A stretch of DNA of 64,000 nt from Callorhinchus milii (Eukaryota): contig NW_024704743.1 in assembly GCF_018977255.1 (NCBI RefSeq), positions 66,156,001-66,220,000 on the forward strand, in the 5' to 3' direction. Numbering within the stretch: position 1 is the first letter of the stretch; each line of letters starts with the position of its first letter. The notes under the pieces were generated by a model. The model had not been told where the DNA came from, ran no database searches, and saw only the letters and a program-made list of their open reading frames with translations. The position numbers and the translations under genes were made by a program. Positions 60,406 through 64,000 of the stretch are shown here, piece by piece.

Positions 60406-61837
60406 TTTAATAATTATAGATTAATATTGCATTAAATCATAGTTTTCACTGCTATATCTACATTAGTGTGAGAGAAATGCATGCTTGAATCCAGGGTTAA
60501 CAGTCTGGAATAGTTTACGAGTAGGATTCAGCTGCCATGGTATTATAGGTCACATATTAGTGGGTGTTATTTCATATACCATCTCAGATCTTAATGATGT
60601 GTGCCAGAGTATTACTTAGCCTGGTGATAGAGATCTCAGACGTTGCTAATTCATAAATATATACTCACTGTGTTTATTTTTCCAGTACCTGACATCACTT
60701 GTGAACAATCATTAAGAAGAGGTGAATTGATCTGAACTGGCCCACTGATTATTGAAGGAGAAAATGGGAGTTGCATTTCAATGGTGTTATAGAGAAAATC
60801 AAGTCATTCGTCACAGTAATTACTTTGGGACATGATCAAAGGAAATACTTCAAAGTGTCCTCTCTCTCTCAGCACATTGCCAACAGGTCCCATTTCCACA
60901 GCCTCTGCGCTTCAGGAAGTTGCACTGAATACCTTTACCTCAAGACAGCCAAGTGGCACTGAGTATTAGTGCAGGGTTACACTACTTCATGGAGTTTTAA
61001 ACTCAAGTGTCCCCACACAGCAAGTACTCATCTTAAAACAATCATGAATGGGATATAAGGAATTAGACACACAGTCATTCCTAGATTAGCAGGGAATACA
61101 GATCATTTTACTAAAACAATTAGGGTTGCACGTCAGGTTAACAAGCACAGCAAAACATTTAGAAACACATATCACTGTAGTGCTAGGTTTTCACAAGTGC
61201 CATTACAACTACAATACTGAGAAGTTAACGGCTGTACAACAGAAAGGATGATGCACATATATTTTCTTTCTTTAATGGTGGAAATGCGATAATTTATGAA
61301 GCATTGTGCAGGTTACCATTTTAACACATAAAATTAGTGCAAGATTCAAATTAAAACTGCTTTCATTTTAAACAACATTATACAGTAATCACGTTGTGCA
61401 CAATTGTCAGTGAAGCTTATTTGGAGGTTTGCAGGTTTTCATGGTGGCATGAATTCCATTAATTTAACATTGCTTAGAAATAAAATGAAAAATCCAATCA
61501 AGGTCAAATTCATCTTTTAAAATGAATCTTTTATCTTTTTTAAATTAAATGTTAGTTTGACTTTGTTAGTTTTACTGTCATTTATAACCTTTCTGGATTT
61601 CTTTGCATTTATCCTCACATTTGGCCACACTGAAGCGAACAGTTCAATCTGTCCCACTAAAAGCCTACTACTTTCCCAAAGGAGGATAAAGAATGCAAAG
61701 GGCAAGCCAGCTGATACTACTTGCAGTCAATGACAGAGTGACACTAACACATGTCTGGAAACAAGTCATTGGCTCTGTTGATCACAAAATAATGTGTGGC
61801 TCAAGGAGGTCAAGAAACAGTGAAACCCACATGATAA

Positions 61838-62400
61838 CTACAATGCAATACAAAATTACATTTGTAAAGCGCCTTTCACGTCAGGAGGAATCGCTGGGAA
61901 TGGATTGATTTTCAGACATTGCATTAGTTTTAGACATCCCTATCACACCCACCCATGCATGGCTCCACTGGGCGTCCAGAGAGTTAAACGGTCAGGGATT
62001 AAACCTAAGTGGGGGGGTAGGGGTACTTGGGATCAGGGAGGTTGGAGGGCAGAGAGGGTAGGAGGGTGGCCAAAGGCATGGTTGAAGTGGAGGGTCTTGA
62101 GGCATGTTTTGAAGGAGACAAGGGAGGGAGCGAAGTGAAGGGAATGTGGGATGTAGTTCCAGAGGCTGGGGCTAGAGAGGCTGAAGGCCCGACCGCCGAT
62201 AGTGGGGCAGGCTGGGCAGGGGACATGGAACAGGCTGAATGGAGGGAACAGATAGGTTGATAAGGGGTTAGCAGGTCAGAGAGATAGGAATGGGCAAGCC
62301 CATGGTGGGCCTCGAAGGTGAGGACGAGAATTTTTAACTCTATCCTCTGAGGGATGGGTAGCCAGTAGAGCTGGGTGAGGGTGGGTGTGATGGGGATGTC
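61838..62400 (-). mobile_element. L2 3' end carrying an inverted templated insertion in its tail
   Basis: Tail caaaattacatttgtaaagcgcctttcacgtcaggagga, then the insertion, then L2 UTR/ORF up to a 5' junction near 62400. Confidence 0.85.
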
Positions 62401-62934
62401 TGAAACTAATGAAGTGTCTGAAAATCAATCCATTCCCAGTGATTCCACAGCCATCTTTGTCGCATAATCTGATTTCTAGACACTAATATCTTTATTTTGT
62501 CATGGAACACAAGCAATGGATTAATAGATATGTGTTTTTTAGGTTTCATCTCATTGTATTTAATATTTAGGAGTGATTAAGCGGTAATCTACTGGGAACT
62601 TCACAGAACCACATACAGAGAGAGCCCTGGAAACTATTAGTGTATTGTTTATAGCTCTCTGAACTTTCCAGGAGATAGAGCTCAGTGATGTGAGGAATGC
62701 ATTGCAGAGTCCAACTTTTAATTGAAAATAAAAGATTAGTGGGATGAAATATTAATCTAGGTCTTTAATATGCTTAAAAGCACAAAAAATACTGACTTAT
62801 GTTTCAGACCTTAAAAGCAGAACTGGTGAACAAAAGTTTGAAGTTTAGATACCTTAGATTGGACGAAAGATTTGATTGTTTGTCCCCTCTACTCTCCAGA
62901 AGGCACTTTTTGCCCCTGGTTAGCCTGTTTCCTT

Positions 62935-63328
62935 CCAAACTCACATCTGAATCAGAAGATTGTGGATTCAAGTCTCATGTCTGGACTTTGAACTCACTGT
63001 TTAGGCTGACACTCCAATGTAGTGTTGGGGGTGACGTTCTTTGATTGAGTCATTAAACCGAGGTCATTTCTGTCTGCTCAGGTGGGTGTTTAAAATAACT
63101 CAAAAAGAAGAGGGAGTTTCTCATGTTGTCCTGGCCAACAACCCCAGAGATAAAATCTGGTCATTCACTTCCTGGTTGATTGTGCAACATTCCTGTGTGG
63201 AAATTGGCTGCGATGTTCCTTTACAAAATGCATAGTCAATACACATTACAGTGACTCCTGTGAAGTGCTTTGAGATGTCCTTTCAGCATAAAAGGTGCTA
63301 TATCAAATGCAAAGATTATTTATTATAA
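62935..63328 (+). mobile_element. Older Deu SINE
   Basis: ctgaatcagaagattgtggattcaagtc head, aggctgacactccaatg, Deu core, tail. Confidence 0.78.
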
Positions 63329-63334
63329 TTACCA

Positions 63335-63655
63335 TTTGGTACTGTTCCATGGCAACCAGTCACCTTCTCAAAGCTCTTTCATGTGACTATCCTTTATGTC
63401 TTAGTCTTGACAGTGAGTATTGGTAAGCTTTTCAATGCCATGAGTCCAATTCTAACCTTGCCCAACATTCACAGACATTAACTTCCAGCAGGGGTCACTG
63501 GTTAGCTATCTGGCTACGAGCTAGCTGATTTCCCTCTCCTGAACCTAGGAACGCTGACAAGTTGGCTGAGGTCAACTGCAACACCCTTATTGCTGGCCAA
63601 ACTGAGATCAGCTAACTTTTAACACAACAGAGATTGAAACTGGGACCTTCATGAA
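63335..63655 (-). mobile_element. Ancient non-Deu tRNA-derived SINE-like repeat; a second decayed copy lies at about 46420-46605 (-)
   Basis: Minus strand gaaggtcccagtttcaatctc (B-box-like)...gttagctgatctcag...ccagtgacccctgctggaa. The related motif atcaactaactcagtacaaac occurs at about 46548. Confidence 0.5.
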
Positions 63656-64000
63656 CAATTCATTGGAATTGGTTCAGATGCCTAGAGGACCTTTGAGTTA
63701 GGCTTGATTGGAGAGGCATTGGATAATGCATGAATATTAGAAGTTAGAACATTTATGGCACAGATAGTGCTTACAAAAGAATCTCAGCAGGGAAATTTGG
63801 AAAACAGACAAAACAGTCATGTATTAGAAAAATGGAAAATATACTGCATTGTATACAAAAGATGGATGAAGCTGTGAAAAGAAAGCAATCTCATGCTTGT
63901 ACTACTAGAACACTTCTGGACTGCCAAAATATAGGAAACATTATTTCCCATTGATAAACCATCAGGTTTGGTGTTGATGGTAGATCTCAACAATGGATTT

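Noticed and set aside
1..64000. Prokaryotic-type systems (operons, CRISPR arrays, defence islands) or an intact autonomous transposon
   Set aside because: The window is vertebrate repeat-rich DNA with no gene-dense coding, no regularly spaced repeat-spacer array, and all TE ORFs truncated or frameshifted.

Overview
This is eukaryotic, vertebrate-type non-coding DNA (a large intron or intergenic stretch), roughly half occupied by retroposons. I could not support any host protein-coding gene, true tRNA/rRNA gene or CRISPR array. Every long ORF in the track traces to a decayed transposon or to low-complexity sequence. The repeat set is L2 LINEs with (GTT)n tails, tRNA-derived Deu-domain SINEs with (ATT)n tails, CR1 LINE 3' ends and a GIY-YIG Penelope-like element. 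This set suggests a cartilaginous fish, plausibly the elephant shark Callorhinchus milii (inference from repeat families, not verified). The most notable observations are: (1) a decayed minimal hammerhead-ribozyme motif at the end of the Penelope-like element; (2) an old, separate non-LTR family with a CX2CX10HX4C zinc knuckle and a long 3' region, present at five loci; (3) a young SINE subfamily whose tail matches the L2 tail better than older SINE copies do; (4) several local templated or inverted duplications at retroposon junctions; (5) a compact CpG-rich cluster of YY1, E2F and GC-box motifs; (6) candidate microexons and enhancer-like unique blocks. I found no convincing wholly new biological system. 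Boundaries of old repeats are approximate (tens of bp).
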